This document shows positions 1 through 10,185 of a DNA stretch of 64,000 nucleotides, in pieces. Source of the DNA: Vicugna vicugna (taxonomy: Eukaryota). Every line of letters starts with the position of its first letter. The first letter of the stretch is position 1. The stretch is from assembly GCA_013265495.1 (NCBI GenBank), contig MU058531.1, positions 1,610,911-1,674,910 of the forward strand, read 5' to 3'. The notes under the pieces are model-generated. The model was not told where the DNA came from. It searched no databases and worked only from the letters and a program-made list of their open reading frames with translations. Both the position numbers and the translations under genes were made by a program.

Positions 1-1614
1 CAGTCCAGCAACTGCACGAGGGATTTCCAGCCCTTCAGTTTGGCAATAAACTAAAAGAAAATCTCTAAATCTAGAAAAGAACAGAGCCCTTCTTTAAATA
101 ACTAAATGAAATCTCTTCCTTTGGAATAGTGTACCATGCACCCCAAATTCAAACCATTCTCCTTGTTAAATTTTAAAAGCAGTGTTGTTTCTGCTATTAG
201 GGGAGGTATCAGGATGTAAAATGTGGATGATTCCATTCAATAGGACACACTCCAGAACAGCTTGCCCTTCGGCGAGGCCCTCCTCCTTGAGTGGTTCACA
301 GGCAGCCTGGGGGACAAGCCAGCATTGGGTGGAGCTGGCGCAGGTGACCAGCAAGAGCTGACCAGAGTCATGCCTGCCTGGAAATCACTCCCTCTTTAAG
401 AAAAGGGGCAGCTGGGAAAGGAAGGTCTCCAGAGGAGACTTGGAGGAGGAAGCGGGAAGCCGCGGGGGAACACTAGGCAAAAAGTCACCATCCAGCCTAG
501 AAGTCACTGTTCCAGCCTGACTCAACCTGCCCTGGGACCTTGAACAAGTCACTGCCCCTCTCGGGACCTGAGTTTCTTTTATAAAGTTAGTCCTTTGTGT
601 CCCACGGTCTCTGAGGTCCCTGTCGGAGGGTGTTCTTCACCCAGCCATCAGCTCGGACAGCCAAAGGGAACAAAGTAAGGATAATGAACTCCACAGCCTT
701 CAGGGGTCAGGCAGACAGCAGAAGAGAAAGAAGGGGCCGGGGTGGGGAGTGCGGGGGCACGGAGACACAGGCTGGTACGCCCCGTCCAAAGGAGACAGCT
801 GCTACTCAACTCTGGGTAGGTGTCACTATGAGGAAAGCCATTGTGATTTGGGGAGAAAAAAAAGGAGAGCTTAATCTTTTTAAATGTAGGCTGCTGATGG
901 TCTAATCTTGGCAATAATTTCTCTTTAAAAAAAAGAGAAACAACAAAAAGTGTCAAAAAAAAAAAATCTGCAGCCAGATATAGCCCGTAGGCCTGTAGTT
1001 TACAACTCCTGATGAAGAGGACATTATATGATAAAATCTGTTCTTCATAATTGGGCCTTTCTAATAGGTTGGTCATTTACATCCCCTCGAGTTAGCACTG
1101 TGAAGAAGCCCTTTCTGGCAATTTTGGCAAGAACTGAAATATGACTTTGGTTCCCAGACCTGCAGCCTCCCACCCCGAGGAGCTGAGCCTTCCCCTCAGT
1201 CAGGGATGGACACCCAGAGCCCACTCTCTATCCCCTCCACGCAGCTCCAATCTTTGCCCCTTCAGGAAGGTGCTGGAGCTCAGGAGGTAGAAGCCACTCC
1301 AGCCTCTCCCGCACCATCCCCTCCCCCATTTCAAAGCTGAGAAGTGGCCCCCAAGATAAACCTGTTCAGGCAGAGAGTGTGTGTGATGAGCAGTTGGCAC
1401 AGATGGGGACAGTCAAGCGGACAGTCCCAGCAGCTCAAGTCACTGCCGCTGGACCCCAGCCCCAGTGGTAAGCAGGTAGAAGGTCTCACTAATGAGACTG
1501 GAACCATGTGAACACTTTCATGTGGATCCAATTCCTGGTCCAAATTAACCTGGCTCAGTTGTCCTTATAGACACCGGAGAATCACAGTTGGTTTCTGACT
1601 TTAGTGTGGCTTTA

Positions 1615-1656
1615 AGAAAGAAAACATACTCAGATCTTATATCAAACACTTTTATT
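1615..1656 (-). terminator. PPP1R3C: Polyadenylation signal AATAAA (1651-1656) with downstream GU/U-rich element
   Basis: The minus strand reads AATAAAAGTGTTTGATATAAGATCTGAGTATGTTTTCTTTC. Confidence 0.85.
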
Positions 1657-3153
1657 CTTATAGTGAGAAGTTCACAGAGGATAGCTTATAGGAGAGTGAA
1701 ATATTTAGAGTAGAAAAATTGTGGGTGCTAGCCAGACCTCAAATACTGTCCTAAGCAGAGTTATTCCAATAGTACTTTTCCAGCACGGCAGGTCACACAT
1801 GTTAAAGTTAACTGCATTCTCTGAACGCCTCTCAATGGACGTGCACAATGATAGAAGCAAACACTGAGATCTTAAGATCTCACAGAATGGATTTATGCAC
1901 TCTCCCAAACAAGTATATTACAATACACCCAAAACAATTCACATTCATTTAAAAAAAAAAAGTGGCCTTCAAAAAAATTGATAGACTTAAAATAACAAGA
2001 ATATAGGCAAGAGGAAAAAAAAATGGCTGCTTTTATGTGCAAGGTACCAGATTCTTGAATTGAGAATCAGTGTCAGTCCTCACTTCCAACATCACATCGA
2101 AAAAGTGTGGCAGAAAAATGAGTCACCTTCAATATGAAGGATGTGAGTTGTGTACACCGACAACACTCTTAAAGGTACAACAGTATAGCAGGAGGAATGC
2201 CAGTATACAAAGTGGACCTTCTTCTGAGGCCAAACGTTCATGAGTTATTAGATGATCCTTCAGATTCTTGGGTTAAGCAACTACAATATTCTGATTTAAT
2301 TGAGGCACTTGCAAAGAGTGACCTTTGACATGACCCAGAGTCCCTACAAGATGTTGGCCATTGACGATGGGGTGGTTTTTTTGGTCAGGCAGCATTTATA
2401 CTGAGAACCCAAGCATGACTCCCTGATCACAAACAAGGTCACTTATCCCATTACCACCGCAAAGCCAGGTTTGCTTAAGCTTTCCCCAAATCCGGATTTT
2501 TGATAAGTCACGTTTGAACAGAAAGGCTTCCCGTAAAATCTTGATTCTCCAGAGTTATAATTCACCATTCCCCAATACCACTCAACACCCCTAAGGTTTG
2601 TTTGGGTTGTTCTCCATGAGAATACAAAGGATGGATCTTTTTTCTCCCCTCCACAAATTATTTCCCCTGGAGAAAAATGCAAAACCAACTTAAAAAGACA
2701 AAGTAACCTTACATTTTCTCATCGACAGTTAAGTATCAGACCTGTCACTCGTGCTCTGACTGGAGCTGCAGAGCCCTCTGTGAAGCCGTTTCAGACATTC
2801 CTCGGACCATTAACACAGCTTTCCATCACCATCCACTGTCCCTCCTCAACCTTTCCTTGCCCAACGTGGAAGCCAGTGAATTGAGAGGGAAGGAGACAAG
2901 GGCACTGACAAAGTATTACTCTCATAAAAATTGGATTTCCAGGCTGTTGTTTGATCCTCGATGGCAAAATTGGGCAGCATCCATATAGACGCCCACACTA
3001 AATTCTCAAGTGGCAAACTTCTTCCTAGCCAGGTCTCAAAAGCTCAAACCTAAACCTACCGAAGGAAAGTAGCAATGACTTCCTATTATTGAGCAACACA
3101 GACCTAGAATTACATGGGGAAGAAGGTCAAGACCTGTCACCAGGTTGCTTAAT
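1635..3153 (-). other. PPP1R3C: PPP1R3C 3' UTR (about 1.5 kb)
   Basis: Repeat-free stretch from the stop codon to the first canonical AATAAA that has a downstream GU/U-rich element. The exact cleavage site is inferred. Confidence 0.8.
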
Positions 3154-4081
3154 TCATCGATAAGAGGCCAAGTTCTCCATCCTCCCCCAGCTCTGCCATC
3201 CTGGGAAGAGCCCGCTGGCCAGCCTCGGGCTGCCAAAGACAGTGGACTCCAACTCGGTCTTGAGGGGCTCCTGGTGGAATGCACAATCCTGGGTCTGCAC
3301 CCCGTCGGGTTTCCACTGCGCATGGACAATCCTGTAATTCTGACCCTCGTTGTTGTCCCAGAAGACCTGCCCGTTGGCATGGTACGCAATGCAGAACTCG
3401 ATTTTCTCCTTGGTTGGGATGGCGGAGGGCAAGTCGATGGCAAACGAGAAGGTGTCACTCTCTGAGCCACCGTACACGTTGTTCATGTAGACGCCGTCCA
3501 CGTCCGTGTAGCTCTGCCAGGAGTTGAACGTGATCCGGATCTGAACCTTCTTCTCAAAGCTCACGTTTTTCACTTTCACAGTCCCAGTCACCGTTCGCTC
3601 CTGCAAAGAGCAGTTCTCCAGGCAGACAAAGTTCTTCTGGAAGCGGTTCCGAAAATTTAGGTAATCGGCTGAAGGCTGAGGGAAATCTAAAATCAAATTT
3701 TTCTCCTCGTGGAGCTTTAAGCCCGAGGAGATATCGTTCAGGTCCAGGAGGTCAAACTGGAGATCCCAGCCTGGCTCTTCTGGGAGGTCGGAGAAGACGT
3801 GGATGGCGGTGAGGGACAGGCCCTTGGAGTCCGCGAACACCACCCGCTTCTTGCCCTGGTTGCGTGAAGGCTTCCAGTCGGTCTGTGATTTGGCCTCCTG
3901 TTTGATGTTGAGACACGGCTTCAGAGGCTTTAATTTGTTCATGAAATTTCTTCGTTGGAAGTCATCATAAGGGCCCAGGAAACTCTTCAGAGGTGGCGAA
4001 TGAGCCAAGCACAGCCTCATGGCCACATCCACAGGCATGACAGAACTTGTCAAAGGCCGTGGATCTAAAACTTGGATCATT
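3154..4081 (-). CDS. PPP1R3C: PPP1R3C coding exon 2 (protein phosphatase 1 regulatory subunit 3C, PTG/R5)
   Basis: Translation [30 protein letters not shown]...[11 protein letters not shown]...WDNNEGQNY...[10 protein letters not shown] is recognisably mammalian PPP1R3C. Stop TGA at 3154-3156. Acceptor polypyrimidine tract CCTCTCTTCCCTTTGTATTTCAG|A ends at 4082. The ORF-track start MYFR is intronic. Confidence 0.98.
3325..3651 (-). other. PPP1R3C: CBM21 glycogen-binding domain (about aa 149-257)
   Basis: Family motifs [25 protein letters not shown] and WDNNEGQNY are present. Boundaries are approximate. Confidence 0.9.
3835..3846 (-). other. PPP1R3C: PP1-binding RVxF motif (RVVF, aa 84-87)
   Basis: Codons CGG GTG GTG TTC within [11 protein letters not shown]. 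Confidence 0.95.
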
Positions 4082-4194
4082 CTGAAATACAAAGGGAAGA
4101 GAGGTTATCATCTGGACCTGGGATGCACTTCCTCTGGTCCCCAAAAATGTACCATTTTTGTATTGGCTAAATTATAGGCAGCACAGTAGATATC

Positions 4195-4390
4195 AAGGCA
4201 GTGCTGTCACATGGAGTAAAAGAATAAATACAGAATTAGGTGATGAGATCTGTGTTTTATGTTTGGCTCTACCCTTGACTGGCTATAGACCATGGGTTAA
4301 CTGCTTAAAACAGCTGGGGGTCTCAGTTTCTCCACCTGAGAAATAAAACGTTTGGATGGGATAATCTCTGTCACAGCTCTAAAATCATTA
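4195..4390 (+). mobile_element. MIR SINE, degenerate
   Basis: MIR core-like segment gtctcagtttctccacctgagaaataaaa. Confidence 0.6.
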
Positions 4391-4403
4391 GCTCTGTTCT
4401 GGA

Positions 4404-4580
4404 CCAGTGGTTCTCAAACTTGTCTGGTCACAATAGCCTAAAGAGTTGGTTTTCTTCCTTTTTCTTTAAAGCAGAATTAAAGAAAAGTCTGGGACTTAGA
4501 GCCCCCTCTGAGGATGGGGACAAGGAAGTATGTATGTCCTTAAAGCTTCCCAGGTGATCTGCTGAGCACAGTTCCAGACC
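4404..4580 (+). mobile_element. MER5A-like hAT-Charlie MITE
   Basis: Starts cagtggttctcaaact and contains the family tail cttcccaggtgatct. Confidence 0.6.
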
Positions 4581-4920
4581 TGCTCTCTTGGTTGCCTTAC
4601 TAATTTTGGTTTGAATTGATTACACTTCTCTGGAACAGTCATCCACTTGAAAAGAAAAAAATAGCAATAAAAATTCTCATGGAACGTTTTTGAGAGTGAA
4701 AGGCAAGAAAGACTGAAGTCAGAGGGTTATCTTTGCAATTTCATTATCATGCTCATCCTCATTTTACACAAAATACCGGCTGAAGTGCAAGTCGGCAGTT
4801 CGTGCACTTAAAGAAAAACTTTACACAATCTGTATTTCACACAGAAAGACGTTCATGTTAAGTCCACGTTTAAGTGGAAAAAGCTGACGACCTGAAAATT
4901 GGGCTGTTTTAATACATGCT

Positions 4921-4925
4921 ATACA

Positions 4926-4957
<32 letters not shown>
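4921..4957. repeat. (CA)n microsatellite in intron
   Basis: atacacacac atacacacacacacacacacacacaca. Confidence 0.95.
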
Positions 4958-6125
4958 TTCAAATATTGCAAGACTTAATAGGAAACACAACAAAAAGTTA
5001 ACAGTTATCTCTGGGTAACAAGCGATCTATTTTTGCCTTTGTACATTTTTGGTATCTTCTAATGTTTTGGCAATGGATATTTATAACCAGAAAGATAATA
5101 AAGCTATTTAAAATTTTAAACATAACTATGCTCAAAATATTAAATCAAGAGGTGTCCATCAAGGAGAATATTTTTTTCTGGCCGTTGGCCCTGAGTATCT
5201 ATCGCCAAGCTTATGGGCACTTTCCTCCTATCCTAGCCTTCAGATAGGAGGTGTGCGTATACTGTATGTGGCATTTCTCAATCTGGCTTTAGTAACTGTC
5301 TCCTCAGCAGCTCTAAACACATAAGCAAATGGTCATTATCATAAGACAGATAATAAAAAAACATTCAGAAAATTTACTTTATTAGCCCTGGGTTGGTTTG
5401 TTTTTTTTCTGGGAGACTTAACAAACTTAGAACAAACAAATGAAAGAGAAAGCTATGTTTGTGGGTCTAATAATAGTTAACAGGCAGGATTTTTAGAGAA
5501 GTCTGCTATATCGAGAGAAGCTATTTAAGTAGATTTGTGTGAGGTTTTTTTGGTTTGTTTGGGGGTTTTGTTTGTTTTTTTCACATTTTGCACTTATAGA
5601 AAGACAGTTTTAGGCTATGGCAATTTCCCTGGAATTTTAAGTCCTGGCAGAGAGTTTAAAACAATGATTTGCTCAAATTTTGAGAATGACTTTGCCATGA
5701 CAAACCATCATACGACGAGCGAGAGAGAACCAATGGATGCGAACATCTTCCTATAGTCTCTCCCTAAAATTTAACTACCTAACCAGCAATCTGAGAGTGC
5801 TGCTCCCACGAGGTAAGCTGCCTTGGGACACTTGTGCAGGACCAAGAGACACGGTCGGAATCCGGGAGAGAATCAGAGCTAAATCTGACTCACGTTAAGA
5901 CAGTTTCCGATTTAAAAGATGCTGTTTACCAAAATCAGCTCTGCCTAAGAAGCGCTGGGCAAATCACACCTCCGAGGCCTCCCGGGTGCCAGATTCAAGT
6001 CAGCCGTCAACGTGCCCTCCCCTGTGGTCCTCGTTTGCAGTGATGACAGAAGGAAAACGCAGCCCAACCTCCCGGCAGCTGCGCGCTGCCTCTGCTACAG
6101 GGCGGAGAGCCCGCAGTGAACCTAC

Positions 6126-6139
6126 CTGGTGCAGCTCAT
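6126..6139 (-). CDS. PPP1R3C: PPP1R3C coding exon 1 (ATG AGC TGC ACC AG = MSCT + first 2 nt of R)
   Basis: The minus strand reads ATGAGCTGCACCAG|GTAGG. Splicing to exon 2 gives MSCTRMIQVL..., the known N-terminus. 14+928 = 942 nt = 313 aa plus stop. Confidence 0.96.
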
Positions 6140-6433
6140 GAGGCAGAGGGCGGCGGCACTCCGCTGCCTGCGCACGTCCGCACCCGGGCCCCTGCGGTCC
6201 CCGCTCGGCGGTAGCGCAGGCCGATTGCGGGTGCGGCGCCCGAGAGGCGGTTTAATCTGCTCCGGACCACGTGAGCCGCCGGCTAGGACCAATCGCCGGG
6301 CGGCGGGCCCGACGGCGCGACCAACCAGCGCTCAGCTGGGGCGCGAGCCCTCGCGGGGGGACGTGACCGCCGTGGTGCCGGACTCTCGCAGCGCGGGGTC
6401 GCTCGGGGTCCCCCGGGGGCAGCTGGCCTGAGC

Positions 6434-6488
6434 CACGTAACGCGAACCCCGGGCGAGGGGCCGTGAAGGCAGCACCGCAGCGCACGTA
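6434..6488 (-). promoter_or_regulatory. Two HIF-type HRE cores TACGTG (6434-6439, 6483-6488)
   Basis: Both read TACGTG on the minus strand, about 210-260 nt upstream of the inferred TSS. PPP1R3C is an established HIF-1 target with a proximal HRE. Confidence 0.65.
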
Positions 6489-7254
6489 GCGGGTGCAGGC
6501 GAGGAGAGAAAGCGGCAAACCTCCCCCAGGCCGGGCGCCAGCACAGAAGGAAAGCAGGGAAGGAGATGCGTTTCGTGCCTGAGGCTTCTGCGCACAGTTA
6601 AATCGGAGCACAGAACGTTGTGGCTCGTTCCAATTGTATATATATATTTGAAATGATTATTTTGTTCATTGCTTGGTGCATCGGGCTTATCTCCTCCCTC
6701 TCCTTGGCCTGAGCAATCAGAAGTTGGCTGCTGCTTATTTGGGGTTGGGTGAAGCCGCAAATGCACTGCAAAGCAGGCTGCTTCTCTACCAAATGTTGCT
6801 AATCAAGCCTGCTAGCCCCTTAAAACAGTGAGGCGGCATTTAACTAAAAGGCACTTTGTATTCCAGTCTCTTCTTCAGTTTTTCTCCCTGGAAGAGAAAA
6901 CTAAAGCCAGAAATGAAATAGCCTTTTTTGCTCACGTGGACGGTCAGCCACAGAGCCAGTGGTCTCAACTCAGTTCTGACGTCCTTTGGCAGTGATGTGA
7001 AAACCAAAATGTTAAAATAATCACACTGCAAGTTTCATGACTTTCCCGAGCTAGTTACTTTCGCTGAGGTTTCGTAATTTTGTTTAGTTTTGGGAGTTTT
7101 TAGACCATCAGTTACAACCATAAAATTAAATTTCTAAGTCAAGTATAAATTATTTTTATAAAACCCATGTCCTTGTTCTGCCCTCTTAGTTATCCAGTAG
7201 TCCATTAAAATGTGCAAGATGTGCAGTGTAAAATGCACAAAAATCCCTTTTTAA

Positions 7255-7605
7255 AATTTTTATTTCATTGTTTTTATTTGGGTTTTTATTGAAGTATAGT
7301 CGGTTTACAATGCTGTGTCAGTTTCTGGTGTACAACATAATGCTTCGGTCATGCATACATACACATATATTCATTTTCATATTCTTTTTCATTATAGGTT
7401 ATGGTAAGATATTGAATATAGTTCCCTGTGCTATTCAGAAAAAGCTTATGTGCATCTATTTTATATAAAAGCATTTAGTATCTGCAAATTTCACACTCTC
7501 ACTATATCTCTTTCCACCTCTTTTCCCCCCTGGTAACCGTAAGTTTGTTTTCTATGTCTGTAGGTCTGTTTCTGTTTTGTAAATAAGTTCATTTGTTTCT
7601 CTTTT
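7255..7605 (-). mobile_element. Camelid-type LINE-1 3' end, 5'-truncated
   Basis: tttttattgaagtatagtcggtttacaatgctgtgtcagtttctggtgtac... is the reverse complement of the L1 3' UTR also seen at 16000-16500 and 59400-59620. Confidence 0.9.
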
Positions 7606-8704
7606 TTTCCCCCTGTGTCTTTTAAATCACAGACAAACTGTGGAATTGTTAAAGTGGAGTTCTTTTATTTAAAAAAAAACTGATGCTGAATATCACTGGA
7701 GAATGCACTTAAATCTTGGGCTACATTTTTGAGAGGGAACATCCAACTGATAGCAGATCTACTAGCCCCTCAGCCCAGCGGAAACTAGCTAAAAGGGCAG
7801 TCTTTGGGTTTGACACCTTCCAATTTAGGCACGTTCTAGCCTCAATTCTCTCACCTGTAAAGTGGAGAGAGTGAAGTTGTATGGAGGATTAAATGAGATT
7901 GTGCAGATGAGAAAACAGTGTAGTGTCCAGCAGGTGTTCAACCCATGGTGGTCCTCAAGTCCGTGCTCTTTCCTTCATTTTTAGTTTTCACTCAATTACA
8001 CTTCCTACCCTGGCTTCAGAGTCTTTATTTCACAGATGAGAAATCTAAAGCTCAGAGAAGCTGAACTGCTTGCCAGGGACTGGCTAGAGCAGAGTCAAAA
8101 CTCAGACACTGGGTTGAGGTTTTTTCCCCTACCCATGATCCTTTGTTGAGCTAAAAAGTGGATATGACTGATTTAAGTGATGGAGAATCATAAAATAAGA
8201 AAAATGTATTGTGATTCCATTTTAGGAGTAAGATGTGCATACATCAAAAATGAAATATGCTCTACTACAATGTTAACAGTGCTTAGTTTTGGACAGTGAA
8301 ATTATGAGTAATTAAAGTTTTCTTTGCCATTTTGCTTCTCTGTATTTTTTAAAATTTTTCTACAATGAACGTAAACTTCTGTAATTGAGCAATCATCTTT
8401 TAATGACTTAAGACTTTCAGATTCAACTAACATGTACAGCCTACCTGCCAGGTGCCAGGAACAGCGCTGGAGGCTTTTACATGCTTTCACAAGCTTTCAC
8501 CGTTTATTCACACGGTCCTTTTGTGTATGGACTTCTTTCCATGCAAGCTACTTTCTCTTCTGCCCCCTGGTGCTGACTAATACCATAAACACCGCCTCTC
8601 CAAACTTCTTAAAATAGAAATCAGGGAAGCAGGGCTCTCTCCAAAGAGTCAGTGCTCAATAAACTTCTAAACTGGATGATCCAGGCCTCCCACTTTCCCC
8701 CCCA

Positions 8705-9095
8705 GATTTATTGAGACATAATTGACATAATAACATTATGTAAGTTTAACGTTTACAAGGTATTGATTTGATACACTTATATACTGCAAAATGATTATCA
8801 CTGTAGTGCTAGCTAAAGCCTCCATCATGTTTGCCATGTTCTTTTTGTGGTGAGAACACTTAAACTCTCTCAGCAATTCCAAGGGCATAATACAGTACTA
8901 TTAACCCTGTGGTGCATTGGATCCCTGAAAGTCTGTACTCCTTGACCAACACATCCCATTCCTCTGCCCATCCCAGTCTCCCCACTCCCACCACCATTCT
9001 ACTCTGTTTCTACGAGTTCAGCTTTTTTAGATTCCACATATAAGTGAGATCACATAGTATTTGTCTTTCTTCAGCTGACGTATTTCACCTAGCAG
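8705..9095 (-). mobile_element. Older LINE-1 (L1MA-like) 3' end
   Basis: tttattgagacataattgacat...ttttagattccacatataagtgagatcacatagtatttgtctttc is typical antisense L1 3' UTR. Confidence 0.8.
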
Positions 9096-9989
9096 AATCT
9101 GGCCCCTCATTTCTGTCTCCTTCCTGGCTTTTATTGCCCTTTATTATGGGACGAGAGAGACTAGAATGGATTCAGTGTTCTTAATCAGGAGTTGCATCAA
9201 TGAAGACCTGGTGGATTAGGAATTCTGGGGAGTTTTATTATTATTTGTAGGTTGTCTCCAACTGTGGTTTAACAGCATCCAAACACTGCTTTGTCCCACC
9301 CATCTTAGCGATAAATTTCTCAAGGAGGGCTTCTTGATCTGTGCGGTGTTTCCAGCCATGCCAGGGGTTCCAAGGACTCGTAAACTACAGCCCCTTAACC
9401 TTGAGGATGCTACAATTTTTATTACAGAAAACCAAATTTAAACTCATGAAATACCCAGGGAGCATTTTAAGGTGCTGCTCAGCAAGGGGCTGATAATTGT
9501 GTGGCTTATACAAGTGGGTCTCTTCCAGCATCCGCCCAACGCATTACAGATATGCCCTGGTGGGAGAAACACCCTTGGGGCTTGGTGGGCGGGTAGGGGG
9601 GGAGGTCCCAGGTCCCTCATTTTCTCCAACCTTGCCTTTTTTTCCCACTGCCCAATCAAGAAAATGCTTGACTATTCAACTTTACAGTTATTAATATTAA
9701 AATGTCAGGACTTTGAAACCACACTTAGTAGTAACAGGATGAACCTCATAACTGATCTTCAAGCCCTGCCCTGTAGAGACAGTGAGGTTGAGAACTGCTC
9801 ATTTTGATGAAAAGAGCTGGGATTTCTCTTCTTGAGAAAAGAGAGGAGTCAGTTCACACTGTCTCCATGAAAAGTAAGCCCCCTCTTACATGAACTCCTT
9901 CTGCCTTCTTTAGCCACATTGGATGGGAACATCAGTATTAGGTGAAGGAGTGTAATTTTGAAAAGCAAAAAGACATATAAAACTTCCTT

Positions 9990-10185
9990 TGGGTCAGGCA
10001 CTGTTTTAAGCAGTTGACAAATATTAACTCATGTACTATTTATAAGAATCCTATGAGGTTGGAATCATGATTATCACCATTTCAGGATAAGGAAACTGAG
10101 GAGGTAAGTTTAATAACTTGTCCAAGATCACATAGCTAGTAGATGGCAGGACCAGGTTTCAAAACCCTCTAGAGTCCACACTTCA
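9990..10185 (-). mobile_element. MIR SINE
   Basis: gataaggaaactgaggaggtaagt...acttgtccaagatcacatagctagt (MIR core, antisense). Confidence 0.75.

Larger units (their letters stand above)
4082..6125 (-). other. PPP1R3C: PPP1R3C single intron (GT-AG, phase 2, 2044 nt)
   Basis: Donor AG|GTAGG at 6125 and acceptor TTTCAG| at 4082 join the two exons in frame. Confidence 0.95.
6050..6620. promoter_or_regulatory. CpG island / PPP1R3C promoter and 5' UTR
   Basis: Very GC- and CpG-rich. TATA-like GATTAAA on the minus strand at 6251-6257, E-box CACGTG 6268-6273, CCAAT 6289-6293, GC boxes. TSS inferred near 6220-6230. Confidence 0.9.

Noticed and set aside
3036-3527. Alternative-frame and antisense ORFs overlapping PPP1R3C exon 2 (144, 106 and 82 aa)
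   Set aside because: The 144-aa ORF starts at GTG, compositions are low-complexity, and such ORFs are expected shadows of a GC-rich coding exon.
4082-4092. ORF-track start MYFR for the 312-aa ORF
   Set aside because: These bases are the intron's polypyrimidine tract and AG; the real N-terminus comes from exon 1.
6257-6284. ChoRE around the proximal CACGTG
   Set aside because: No acceptable second E-box at 5-nt spacing on either side.
6129-6792. 100-144 aa ORFs across the promoter
   Set aside because: Arg/Pro/Ala-rich products of stop-poor CpG-island DNA with no recognisable homology.
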